Assembly (NCBI GenBank): GCA_041738475.1
Contig: JBGSPT010000449.1
Coordinates: 1 to 46,079 of the forward strand
Source of the DNA: Treponematales bacterium
Lineage (GTDB): Bacteria > Spirochaetota > Spirochaetia > Treponematales > UBA12059
DNA: 46,079 nt
Reading direction: 5' to 3'
Shown here: piece by piece, positions 32,570-39,802 of the stretch
How the letters are laid out: every line of letters begins with the position of its first letter
Numbering within the stretch: the stretch's first letter is position 1
Notes under the pieces: generated by a model
Database searches by the model: none
Seen by the model: the letters and a program-made list of their open reading frames with translations, nothing else
What the model was told of the DNA's origin: nothing
Position numbers and translations under genes: made by a program

Positions 32570-33121
32570 ATGGATACATCATCGTATACGGCTTTCGCGG
32601 GGGAGCGGCTGGTCTACTCTGGGGCTCCTGAAGGGACCCTCCGGGCGGTCAAGGGATACATGGATCGGGAACGGAACCAGGGGATACTGATCTTCAATGA
32701 CGAAACCGGCGAGCAGGTTGATTTCGATTTCCGGGGCACCGAGGAGGAAGTCCTTGCACGGGCTTTTCCCCCGGCGCCCAAGGCCGGCCGCGGCCGCCCC
32801 TCACTGGGGGTCGTCTGCGGCGAAGTTTCCCTCCTGCCCCGGCACTGGGAATGGCTCAAGGGCCAGCAGAACAACGCATCCGCGACCCTGAGGCGTCTGG
32901 TGGACGACGCCATCCGGAACGAGCCGGCCTCGGCCCGGGCGAAGAGGGCGGTTGCCGCGGCGGACCGGGAGATGTGGGCCCTGGCGGGAAACCTCCCCGG
33001 GTGCGAGGAGGCCTCCCGGGCCCTGTATGCCCGAGATTTCGCGCGGTTCAGGGAAGGGATCCGCGACTGGCCTCGGGACATCCGCTCCCATCTGACGATG
33101 CTCGCGGGCCGTGCGGAATAG
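32570..33121 (+). CDS. DUF2239-family protein
   Basis: From memory, the central block GRGRPSLGVVCGEVSLLPRHWEWLKGQQNNASATLRRLVDDA matches the conserved core of DUF2239 proteins. Not verifiable here. Confidence 0.6.
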   Translation: MDTSSYTAFAGERLVYSGAPEGTLRAVKGYMDRERNQGILIFNDETGEQVDFDFRGTEEEVLARAFPPAPKAGRGRPSLGVVCGEVSLLPRHWEWLKGQQNNASATLRRLVDDAIRNEPASARAKRAVAAADREMWALAGNLPGCEEASRALYARDFARFREGIRDWPRDIRSHLTMLAGRAE

Positions 33122-33182
33122 GCCGCCGCAATCGCTTGCGATTCCGGCGGAACGGCCCTATGCTGTGGCGGGAGGCAGGGAA

Positions 33183-34112
33183 ATGAAGCTTGCCATAGCT
33201 CTCGCGGCAGCAGCCTTGCTGGCATCTTCAGCTGCCGCGGCGGGGCCGGAACTCCCCGTACCCGCCGGAGTCGCCGGGGAATTCGTCACGGTTCCGCTGG
33301 ACGATCCGGCGGTGGACGGGTATTCCCTCCGGCTGCCCGACGGGTACGACCCGTCCCGAACGTATCCTCTGCTCCTGTCCCTCCATTCAAGCGGACAGGT
33401 AGGCGGCCCAGTCGAGGAAGCCCTGTGCCACGGCCCGCCGAGCGTCATCCGCAGACTGCCGGAAACCTGTCCGGAATCCCTGCGCCGGGATTTCATTCTG
33501 GTGAGCCCCCACCTGACGGAGGGCCCCTACGAAGAACGCCAATGGTTCGACCGTCTGGATCTCCTGGACGACATCCTCGCCGAGGTTTCCCGCGGCTGTC
33601 GGGTGGACCCGGCCAGGATATACCTGGCCGGGTATTCCACGGGAGGAACGGGGACTTGGGGATACGCCAGCCGGCGTCCCGGACAATTCGCTGCGGTCAT
33701 CCCGATCGCCGGCTATACGAGGCCCGAACAGGGCATCCGGAAACCGATCGTGGAGGAATGGTCGGTCTTCCGGAATCTGCCGGTCTGGACGTTCTACAAC
33801 GCCAGCGACAGGGCTGTCGGATTCAGCCACGGCCGGACCGCGGTCGCCGCGATCGAATCCCTGGATGGCGCGCCGTTCCTGGTCCTGAACCATGTGTATT
33901 CGGGACCCGACCCGTACCGCGGTAATATCATCATCGACACCACCGCTGAGGAGGTCACCGGAAAGAGACGGATCCTATCCGTGTACCGGATCGGAATCCA
34001 CTCGGAGGGGAGGATCTGGGACAATCCCGTGCTCTACGAATGGCTCCTCGGCCATTCGAATCCGGATTATCGCGTCGGCCGGCTCGCGGGGCTCCTGGGT
34101 CAGGGTCCCTGA
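33183..34112 (+). CDS. Secreted alpha/beta-hydrolase (esterase / depolymerase-like)
   Basis: Signal peptide MKLAIALAAAALLASSAAAA and nucleophile elbow GYSTGG (GxSxG). ATG 33183 is preceded by GGGAGG. The ORF-track start at 33111 overlaps the upstream gene. Confidence 0.7.
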   Translation: MKLAIALAAAALLASSAAAAGPELPVPAGVAGEFVTVPLDDPAVDGYSLRLPDGYDPSRTYPLLLSLHSSGQVGGPVEEALCHGPPSVIRRLPETCPESLRRDFILVSPHLTEGPYEERQWFDRLDLLDDILAEVSRGCRVDPARIYLAGYSTGGTGTWGYASRRPGQFAAVIPIAGYTRPEQGIRKPIVEEWSVFRNLPVWTFYNASDRAVGFSHGRTAVAAIESLDGAPFLVLNHVYSGPDPYRGNIIIDTTAEEVTGKRRILSVYRIGIHSEGRIWDNPVLYEWLLGHSNPDYRVGRLAGLLGQGP

Positions 34113-34127
34113 TCCGGCATTCCCGGC

Positions 34128-34898
34128 CTAGGCGTCGACATACCAGAGTTCCCGGATCGCCCGGCCCTCCGCAAGGGCCCTCCGCTCGAATTTAGTCACC
34201 GGACGCCAGGAGGCCCTCTCGGCCCAGGATCCGGGATAGGAGTTCACGAGTCCCGGAGTGGAATCCAGGACGTCCCGGGCCCAGAGGGCATACTCCTCCC
34301 AGTCGGTCACGAAGTAGATATACCCCCCGGAAGCCAGCCGGGAAGCCAGCATGTCCGTCAGGGGACGCTGGATCAGACGCCGCTTGTGGTGGCGTTTCTT
34401 GGGCCAGGGATCCGGGAAGAAAACGTGAAACCCCGAAACCGTGCCCGGAAGCACGCAGGATTCCAGGAACTCGACGGCGTCGTGGTGGAGGATCCGGAGG
34501 TTCCCGAGACTTCGCCGCTCGATCTCAGAAAGCAGTTTCCCGACCCCCGGGGTGTGGACCTCGATGCCCAGGAAATCCGTTTCCGGCAGGGCTGCCGCGA
34601 TCAGGGCTGTGGCCAAGCCCATCCCGAACCCGATCTCCATTATCAAGGAGGCCTTCCGCCCGAAAACCGTCTCCGGAACGAAGGATTCCCCGGGTCGGAA
34701 CGGAACGCACCACCGGGCGGCCAGGGTCTCGTAGGCGTTTCGCTGGAAATCCGTCATCCTTCCGGCGCGAAGGGCGTAGGACCGGATTCCCCGGCGCAGC
34801 GCCGTCATGCCCGCCGGGTCCGTAAAGCGGGCTTCGGCTTCCGGAAAACCCTCGGATATCAGCGGTCCCTCGTTCAATCCTTCAGTTGTATCGTCCAT
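34128..34898 (-). CDS. trmB: tRNA (guanine46-N7)-methyltransferase
   Basis: SAM-binding site MEIGFGMG and signature FFPDPWPKKRHHKRR. The ATG at 34898 overlaps the upstream lipoprotein gene by 25 nt. The rest of the 477-aa track ORF is an Arg/Pro-rich artefact. Confidence 0.9.
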   Translation of the reverse strand: MDDTTEGLNEGPLISEGFPEAEARFTDPAGMTALRRGIRSYALRAGRMTDFQRNAYETLAARWCVPFRPGESFVPETVFGRKASLIMEIGFGMGLATALIAAALPETDFLGIEVHTPGVGKLLSEIERRSLGNLRILHHDAVEFLESCVLPGTVSGFHVFFPDPWPKKRHHKRRLIQRPLTDMLASRLASGGYIYFVTDWEEYALWARDVLDSTPGLVNSYPGSWAERASWRPVTKFERRALAEGRAIRELWYVDA

Positions 34899-35590
34899 GA
34901 GAATACTCCCAGGTTCCTTTCGGCGTCGTACCCGTACGCCACCAGGGTCTCCGCCTCCTGACTCCACGCGGTCGATGCGAACAGTCGGTCCAGGGTCTCC
35001 GGCTGCCGCGGCGCGTCGACGGACCGAATCAAGGTACCTGCAGGGTCCAGGAAGAGGAGTTCGGTGCGGGGGTACTTCGAGATTACGGAGACGGAATCCC
35101 CCAGACGCCGGATAACGGGAAAGGCCGCGGACTTCTCGATTCCGGATCCGATGGAAAAAGTCGCCTCGTCCGATTCCCCCGAGAGGTCCTCGAGCACCAC
35201 ACGGTACAGCCCTCGGGGCAGGGCGCGGGTGTCGGGAACGGAAAGTCCCGTACCGCCCACCCAGGTCTCCTTGTTCCGGTCGTTTCGGATCCAGGTTTCG
35301 GTCGTCAGGGTCCAGAGGTACTCTTCTCCGTCGTGCAGGATATGCAGAGCCGCCAGGTCCTTTATCCCGTCCTCGTCCCGGACCGCGGCAAAGACAGACA
35401 GTTGTTCGGAAACGGCGGTCCCCTTGGGGTCCAGAGGACGCAGGGCGAGACGGTATTCCAGGGACGCGAGCTCCGGCGCATGGCCGCTGCAGGATGCGCC
35501 CAGGAGGGCGGCCGCGGCGAGTACGGTTCCGACGAGGAAAACCCTGCCGGAAAACAGGCACCGCGGAAGTATCCGGAATAACCTGATCAT
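34874..35590 (-). CDS. Hypothetical lipoprotein (238 aa)
   Basis: Signal peptide with lipobox (VLAAAALLGASC). The ATG at 35590 forms an ATGA overlap with the hisS stop. Ordinary amino-acid composition. No family recognised. Confidence 0.6.
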   Translation of the reverse strand: MIRLFRILPRCLFSGRVFLVGTVLAAAALLGASCSGHAPELASLEYRLALRPLDPKGTAVSEQLSVFAAVRDEDGIKDLAALHILHDGEEYLWTLTTETWIRNDRNKETWVGGTGLSVPDTRALPRGLYRVVLEDLSGESDEATFSIGSGIEKSAAFPVIRRLGDSVSVISKYPRTELLFLDPAGTLIRSVDAPRQPETLDRLFASTAWSQEAETLVAYGYDAERNLGVFSWTIQLKD

Positions 35591-36888
35591 TTCCCCGCCA
35601 GGGCCGCCGCGGCCTCGCCTATCGAGGCGTATTCCCGGGACTCCCGGGTGACGAGATTCTTGACCGAAAGGACGCCCCGCGCGCTTTCCGCGGCACCCAG
35701 GAATATTCCGTAGGGCACGGCCTTGCGCTGGGCGTAGGCGAACTGCTGGGAAAGCTTGCGGTTTTCCGGAAACACCTCGCAGGGAATGCCGGCGGCCCGC
35801 AGTTCTCCGGCGAGCTCCCAATACCTGGGAAGGAACCCTTCCTCCACATGGAAGATGAGCACCCGGGTGCCCCCGGACTTCCGGTCGGAGCGGCCGAGGG
35901 CTTCAAGGGCCGCCAGGAGGCGGTCCAATCCGATGGCCGCTCCAACCCCGGGAAGATGCTGTCGGGTGTACAGGGAAGCCAGCTCGTTGTAGCGGCCCCC
36001 GGAACAGACGGAGCCGATCTGCGGCAAGGCTTCGAGGTAGGTTTCGAAGACCACGCCGGTATAGTAATCCAGGCCCCGGGTGATCGACGGATCCAGGACC
36101 AGGCGGTCTTGGATCCCCGCGGCACTGGCGCAGTCGTAAATTTGTCCCAGGCGGTCGGAGTCGGGATTGGATCCCCCCGCCGCGGAAGTGATCTTTGCCA
36201 GGGTTTCTGAAAAACCGCTCTCCTTCCGGATGAAATCTAGTATCCGGTCCGCGGTGACGTCCCCTGCCGCTTCCGCCAGCTGGGAGCGGACCTCCGGGGC
36301 ACCCGCCTTTTCAAGTTTGTCCACGGCGCGGAGAATGTCCCCGGAAACGTCGGAAACCCCGGCGGCGGCCAGGAAGCGGTTGAAGATTCCCCTGTGGTTG
36401 ACCCGGATCCGGAAATCCTCGACCCCCAGGGCTCGCATGGAATCCGCGATCACCTGGATCGTCTCGAAATCCGAAGACGCGCAGTCCGTTCCCACCACGT
36501 CGAAATCGCACTGGGTGAACTCGCGGTACCGGCCGCGCTGGGTGTTCTCTCCCCTCCATACCTTTGCGATGTGATACCGCTTGAAGGGCAGGTAGAGTTC
36601 GCCGACATGCTCGGCCATGAACCGTGCGAAGGGAACCGTGAGGTCGAATCGCATGGCCACGTCTCGGCCGCCGTGGTCCTGGAACCGGTAGACCTGCTTG
36701 TCCGTCTCCCCGCCGCCCTTGCCCAGGAGGATCTCGGCGTATTCCAGTACCGGGGTATCGATGGGGACGAAACCGAAGGTCCGGAAAACCTTCTCCAGCC
36801 GTTCCGACAGTTCCCGGCGCTCGAATTCCGCGTCGGGAAGAAAATCCCGGAAACCCTTGAGGACCCGGGGCTGGATGATGTCGCTCAT
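35587..36888 (-). CDS. hisS: Histidyl-tRNA synthetase
   Basis: Class II motifs: LKGFRDFLP, MRFDLTVPFARF, YHIAKVWRGENTQRGRYREFTQCDFD, GGGRYN-type (CSGGRYNEL). I prefer the ATG at 36888 (MSDIIQPRVLKGF...). Confidence 0.93.
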   Translation of the reverse strand: MSDIIQPRVLKGFRDFLPDAEFERRELSERLEKVFRTFGFVPIDTPVLEYAEILLGKGGGETDKQVYRFQDHGGRDVAMRFDLTVPFARFMAEHVGELYLPFKRYHIAKVWRGENTQRGRYREFTQCDFDVVGTDCASSDFETIQVIADSMRALGVEDFRIRVNHRGIFNRFLAAAGVSDVSGDILRAVDKLEKAGAPEVRSQLAEAAGDVTADRILDFIRKESGFSETLAKITSAAGGSNPDSDRLGQIYDCASAAGIQDRLVLDPSITRGLDYYTGVVFETYLEALPQIGSVCSGGRYNELASLYTRQHLPGVGAAIGLDRLLAALEALGRSDRKSGGTRVLIFHVEEGFLPRYWELAGELRAAGIPCEVFPENRKLSQQFAYAQRKAVPYGIFLGAAESARGVLSVKNLVTRESREYASIGEAAAALAGK

Positions 36889-36894
36889 GGGGGG

Positions 36895-36923
36895 AGTATG
36901 CAGGAAAAGAAAAAAGGTGTACA
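36895..36923 (-). promoter_or_regulatory. Candidate promoter of hisS (leaderless geometry)
   Basis: On the minus strand: TGTACA (36923-36918), 17-nt spacer, CATACT (36900-36895), 6 nt (CCCCCC), then ATG 36888. No Shine-Dalgarno. Confidence 0.35.
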
Positions 36924-37056
36924 GGAGTGGGCAGTAAATGGTGAACATTGGACGGTATACGCTCAGGGGCCGGGGAAATGTGCCTGATCAGCAGCCAGCG
37001 TCCGCAGGTATCTGGACACATTTCCGTTCACCGACCACTGTTCACCGTCCACCGCC

Positions 37057-37085
37057 TTGACAACCCCATTCCTCTGTCCGATGAT
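37057..37085 (+). promoter_or_regulatory. Candidate promoter of coaX (leaderless geometry)
   Basis: Perfect TTGACA (37057-37062), 17-nt spacer, GATGAT (37080-37085), 6 nt, then ATG 37092. No Shine-Dalgarno. Confidence 0.4.
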
Positions 37086-37091
37086 CCCCTC

Positions 37092-37853
37092 ATGCTGATG
37101 GCCATCGACGTGGGAAATACGAACATCGTAGGCGGAGTGTACGAGTCTTCCAGGCTTTTAGAAACTCTGCGGATACAGACGGTCGCCAAGAAGACGGAGG
37201 ACGAGTACGTCACCATCTTCCGTGCAATCCTGGCGGAACGCGGCATCGATCCAGGGTCGGTGGACCGCGTCATCGTCAGCTCGGTGGTGCCCGCCCTGAC
37301 GGGAGCCATTTCGGCCATGGTCACACGGCTGTTCCGGATCGATCCGATGGTCCTGGGGCCGGCCCTGTACTCCCGGCTGCCCGTAAAGGTGATCGCCCAG
37401 GACGAGATCGGCACGGATCTGGTCGCCGACGCGGTCGCCGCCTACGGGAAGGTCGGGGGAGCCTGTATCGTCGTCGATTTCGGGACCGCCCTGACATTCA
37501 CCTGCGTATCCGGAGCCGGGGAGATCCGGGGGGTTTCCATCGCCCCTGGGCTTGGAACCGCCGTGGGCGCCCTTTCCCGGGATACCGCCCAGCTTCCGAA
37601 CGTTCCTCTGGCGCCTCCTCCCTCTGTCCTCGGGCAAAATACCGTCCAGGCGATCCAGGCCGGAGTAGTCTACGGCTACACGGGGCTGGTCGAGTATCTC
37701 ATCGCACGCATGGTCCGGGAACTGGGAGAGGAGGCCAAGATCGTTGCTACCGGAGGCTTGTGCCGGGTGGTCTCCCAGCTTACGAACATCTTCGACTACG
37801 TGGAGCCCGACCTGACCCTGGACGGGCTCGAACGGATCGCTCGGCTCGCCTGA
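37092..37853 (+). CDS. coaX: Type III pantothenate kinase
   Basis: MAIDVGNTN, GTDL and VVDFGTALTF motifs of the ASKHA-fold CoaX. 253 aa from ATG 37092. Confidence 0.9.
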   Translation: MLMAIDVGNTNIVGGVYESSRLLETLRIQTVAKKTEDEYVTIFRAILAERGIDPGSVDRVIVSSVVPALTGAISAMVTRLFRIDPMVLGPALYSRLPVKVIAQDEIGTDLVADAVAAYGKVGGACIVVDFGTALTFTCVSGAGEIRGVSIAPGLGTAVGALSRDTAQLPNVPLAPPPSVLGQNTVQAIQAGVVYGYTGLVEYLIARMVRELGEEAKIVATGGLCRVVSQLTNIFDYVEPDLTLDGLERIARLA

Positions 37854-37856
37854 CGC

Positions 37857-38312
37857 TCAGGGGGCCTCGCCTCTAAGAAGTTCGGACAGCTCGTCGCCGG
37901 AAACGACGTCTCCGTCGGCAGCGCCCTCGTTGAATGCCGCGCTCGCGAGATCTCGGATCTCGGAGGCCAGTTTTTTGAGGTCCCGGGTCAGGGATTCCAG
38001 GTCCGGCCTGCGGTCCGCGAGACTCTGCGATAGGTCTCCGTTCCCGGAAGCGAGGTCCGAGACAGCCTCGGCCAGGGACCGGGCGCTTCTGGAAAGCAGG
38101 ACCAGGTACTCCCCGCGGTCCATGAGCCGGGTGTTGGATTCCAAGAGCGCCTTGAATCGGAACAAGGCACCTTTGGCGAATTCCGCATCCTCCAGCACCC
38201 GGCCGGCGAACAGGTCCGCGTCGGGCTGTATCTTCACGGCGTCCGAAACCAGCGCGATCAGGCGCCGGAGATACCAAAGATTGTCCTGGATCCTGATCTT
38301 CTGCTGGGCCAT
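37857..38312 (-). CDS. Hypothetical helical protein (151 aa)
   Basis: GC3-rich codon usage, an ordinary Leu/Ala/Asp/Glu/Arg-rich composition predicted to be all-helical, and a G-rich Shine-Dalgarno region. No family recognised. Confidence 0.55.
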   Translation of the reverse strand: MAQQKIRIQDNLWYLRRLIALVSDAVKIQPDADLFAGRVLEDAEFAKGALFRFKALLESNTRLMDRGEYLVLLSRSARSLAEAVSDLASGNGDLSQSLADRRPDLESLTRDLKKLASEIRDLASAAFNEGAADGDVVSGDELSELLRGEAP

Positions 38313-38453
38313 GATCCCCCCGCTCCAGCATCGGCGCCTTTAGGGTCCGCGTCAAGCCCATGGAGGAGACAGGACCCGGGAACCGGTCGACAGGAGTCAG
38401 GCGACAGATAGCTCTCCGGGCATCGAAGACTTAGCAGAATCCACTGGCGTCTG

Positions 38454-38495
38454 ACTGGTACCTGGTACCTGAGTCCTGGTAGCTGAGTCCTCCAG
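38454..38495. repeat. Six tandem 7-nt units (consensus CCTGGTA / CCTGAGT) upstream of the rpsF promoter
   Basis: ACTGGTA CCTGGTA CCTGAGT CCTGGTA GCTGAGT CCTCCAG, read directly. The array ends 2 nt before the candidate -35 hexamer. Confidence 0.5.
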
Positions 38496-38497
38496 TC

Positions 38498-38526
38498 TTG
38501 ATGTTTCCCCTGGTTCCTGGTATTCT
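38498..38526 (+). promoter_or_regulatory. Candidate promoter of the rpsF-ssb-rpsR-...-dnaB operon
   Basis: TTGATG (38498-38503), 17-nt spacer, TATTCT (38521-38526), leaving a leader of about 50 nt. Confidence 0.35.
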
Positions 38527-38540
38527 ACCTTGCCTCTTTA

Positions 38541-38560
38541 TCCGTCCCCTGGAGGACGGA
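38541..38560 (+). promoter_or_regulatory. Hairpin in the rpsF leader (candidate S6:S18 autoregulatory element)
   Basis: TCCGTCC-cctgga-GGACGGA, a 7-bp stem lying 13 nt upstream of the GGGAGGA Shine-Dalgarno of rpsF. Assigning it to the known rpsF-leader class is inference only. Confidence 0.3.
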
Positions 38561-38583
38561 TCGAAAGTCCATAGGGAGGAACT

Positions 38584-38865
38584 ATGCGATCCTACGAACT
38601 CATCTCGATTTTCCCGACGGAAGAAGAACTATTCCGGCTGGGAAAGGAAACAGTGGCAGCCGTGCTGGTCAAGCAGGGCGCCCAGAACATCAAGGAAGAG
38701 GACATGGGCGACCGGCCCCTGGCGTACCCCATCCGGAAGAAGGTCCGGGGGCACTACATCCTCTTCTCCATGCAATTCCCCGGCGAAAACGTCGATGCCA
38801 CGGAGAAGGTCTTCAAGCTCAATCCGAACATCCTCCGGTATCTCTTCGTCCGGGCCGACGCCTGA
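38584..38865 (+). CDS. rpsF: 30S ribosomal protein S6
   Basis: MRSYELISIF...GDRPLAYPI...GHYILF pattern. 93 aa. Strong Shine-Dalgarno. Confidence 0.93.
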   Translation: MRSYELISIFPTEEELFRLGKETVAAVLVKQGAQNIKEEDMGDRPLAYPIRKKVRGHYILFSMQFPGENVDATEKVFKLNPNILRYLFVRADA

Positions 38866-38886
38866 CGGGCGGAAGGGCGGCGAAAC

Positions 38887-39366
38887 ATGTCCAGTTTCAG
38901 CGTTGTCGTATTGGTGGGAAACCTGACTCGCGACGCCCAGCTCAAGTACACGCCTTCCGGGTACCCGATCAGCACTTTCGGGATCGCGATCAATACCCGG
39001 AAAAAGAACGGGGACCAGTGGGTTGACGAGGCGAATTTCTTCGACATCGAGCTGTTCGGGAAAAGCGCCGAATCCCTCAACCAGTACCTGACCAAGGGGA
39101 AGATGGTCGGGGTCGAAGGCGAGCTTCGGCAGGACCGGTGGGAACAGGACGGCCAGTCCCGCAGCAAAGTCAAGATCGTGGCCAACAAGGTGAACCTTCT
39201 GGGTGGAGGGAGCCGAGAAGGCTCCTACCAGGCTGGCGGAGCCCCGTCCCAGGGGAACTCCGGCTGGCGCGACCAGCCCGATCGGCCTGCCCCGCGTGGG
39301 CGGCCCGGGACGGGAGAATCGGCTCCCCCGGAGACCGACGATTTTTCCGACGACATCCCGTTCTGA
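38887..39366 (+). CDS. ssb: Single-stranded DNA-binding protein
   Basis: OB-fold N-terminus (VVLVGNLTRDAQLKYTPSG), Gly/Pro-rich linker, and the acidic C-terminal tip DDIPF. Confidence 0.93.
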   Translation: MSSFSVVVLVGNLTRDAQLKYTPSGYPISTFGIAINTRKKNGDQWVDEANFFDIELFGKSAESLNQYLTKGKMVGVEGELRQDRWEQDGQSRSKVKIVANKVNLLGGGSREGSYQAGGAPSQGNSGWRDQPDRPAPRGRPGTGESAPPETDDFSDDIPF

Positions 39367-39396
39367 TAAACCGAACGTATACCTAAGGAGACCAGC

Positions 39397-39780
39397 ATGT
39401 CCGATATCAAAGAGAACCAGGATACGCCCATCGCCCGGGAACCCCGGGAAGAAACGCGCCCCCCCAGGGACGAGCAGGATTCCCGCCGTGAAGGAGGCCG
39501 TGAAGGCGGCCGCGATGGAGGACGTGAAGGCGAGGACGGCGGACGCGGCGGACCCCGGGGCGGCCGCAAGGGCTTCTTCCGAAAGAAAGTCTGCAAGTTC
39601 TGCACGAACAAGCTGCGCATCGATTACAAGGATCCCGACACCCTCCGCCGCTTCGTAACCGAGAGGGGAAAGATCCTTCCCCGGCGCATAACCGGGTCCT
39701 GCGCCAAGCATCAGCGGGCTCTGGCCGTCGCCATCAAGCGGGCGCGCGCCCTGGCCTTCCTGCCCTTCGTCTCTAAATAG
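39397..39780 (+). CDS. rpsR: 30S ribosomal protein S18 with ~55-aa N-terminal Arg/Glu/Gly-repeat extension
   Basis: Conserved core [68 protein letters not shown] Shine-Dalgarno. Confidence 0.9.
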   Translation: MSDIKENQDTPIAREPREETRPPRDEQDSRREGGREGGRDGGREGEDGGRGGPRGGRKGFFRKKVCKFCTNKLRIDYKDPDTLRRFVTERGKILPRRITGSCAKHQRALAVAIKRARALAFLPFVSK

Positions 39781-39802
39781 GCGGAGCAGCCTGAGGCAGC
39801 CT

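Noticed and set aside
34128-35561. 477-aa ORF suggesting a long N-terminal extension of TrmB
   Set aside because: Only the last 256 aa look like TrmB. The upstream 220 aa are Arg/Pro/Gly-rich and run out of frame through the lipoprotein gene. ATG 34898 gives a normal TrmB.
38454-38495. The heptad repeat as a CRISPR array or minisatellite-encoded peptide
   Set aside because: The units are only 7 nt long and have no spacers. There are no cas genes in the window and no supported ORF across the array.
38518-38533. Sigma-54-like element TGGTAT-N6-TTGC upstream of rpsF
   Set aside because: The GG-to-GC spacing is one nucleotide too long for the strict -24/-12 geometry. The sequence also overlaps a plausible sigma-70 -10, and ribosomal operons are not expected sigma-54 targets.
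38313-38583. A possible tRNA or other known small RNA gene in the largest intergenic gap (and in the other gaps)
   Set aside because: I found no cloverleaf-compatible segments, no GTTCGAATC-type T-loop box, and no SRP, tmRNA or RNase P signature sequences by eye. A covariance-model scan would be needed to be certain.
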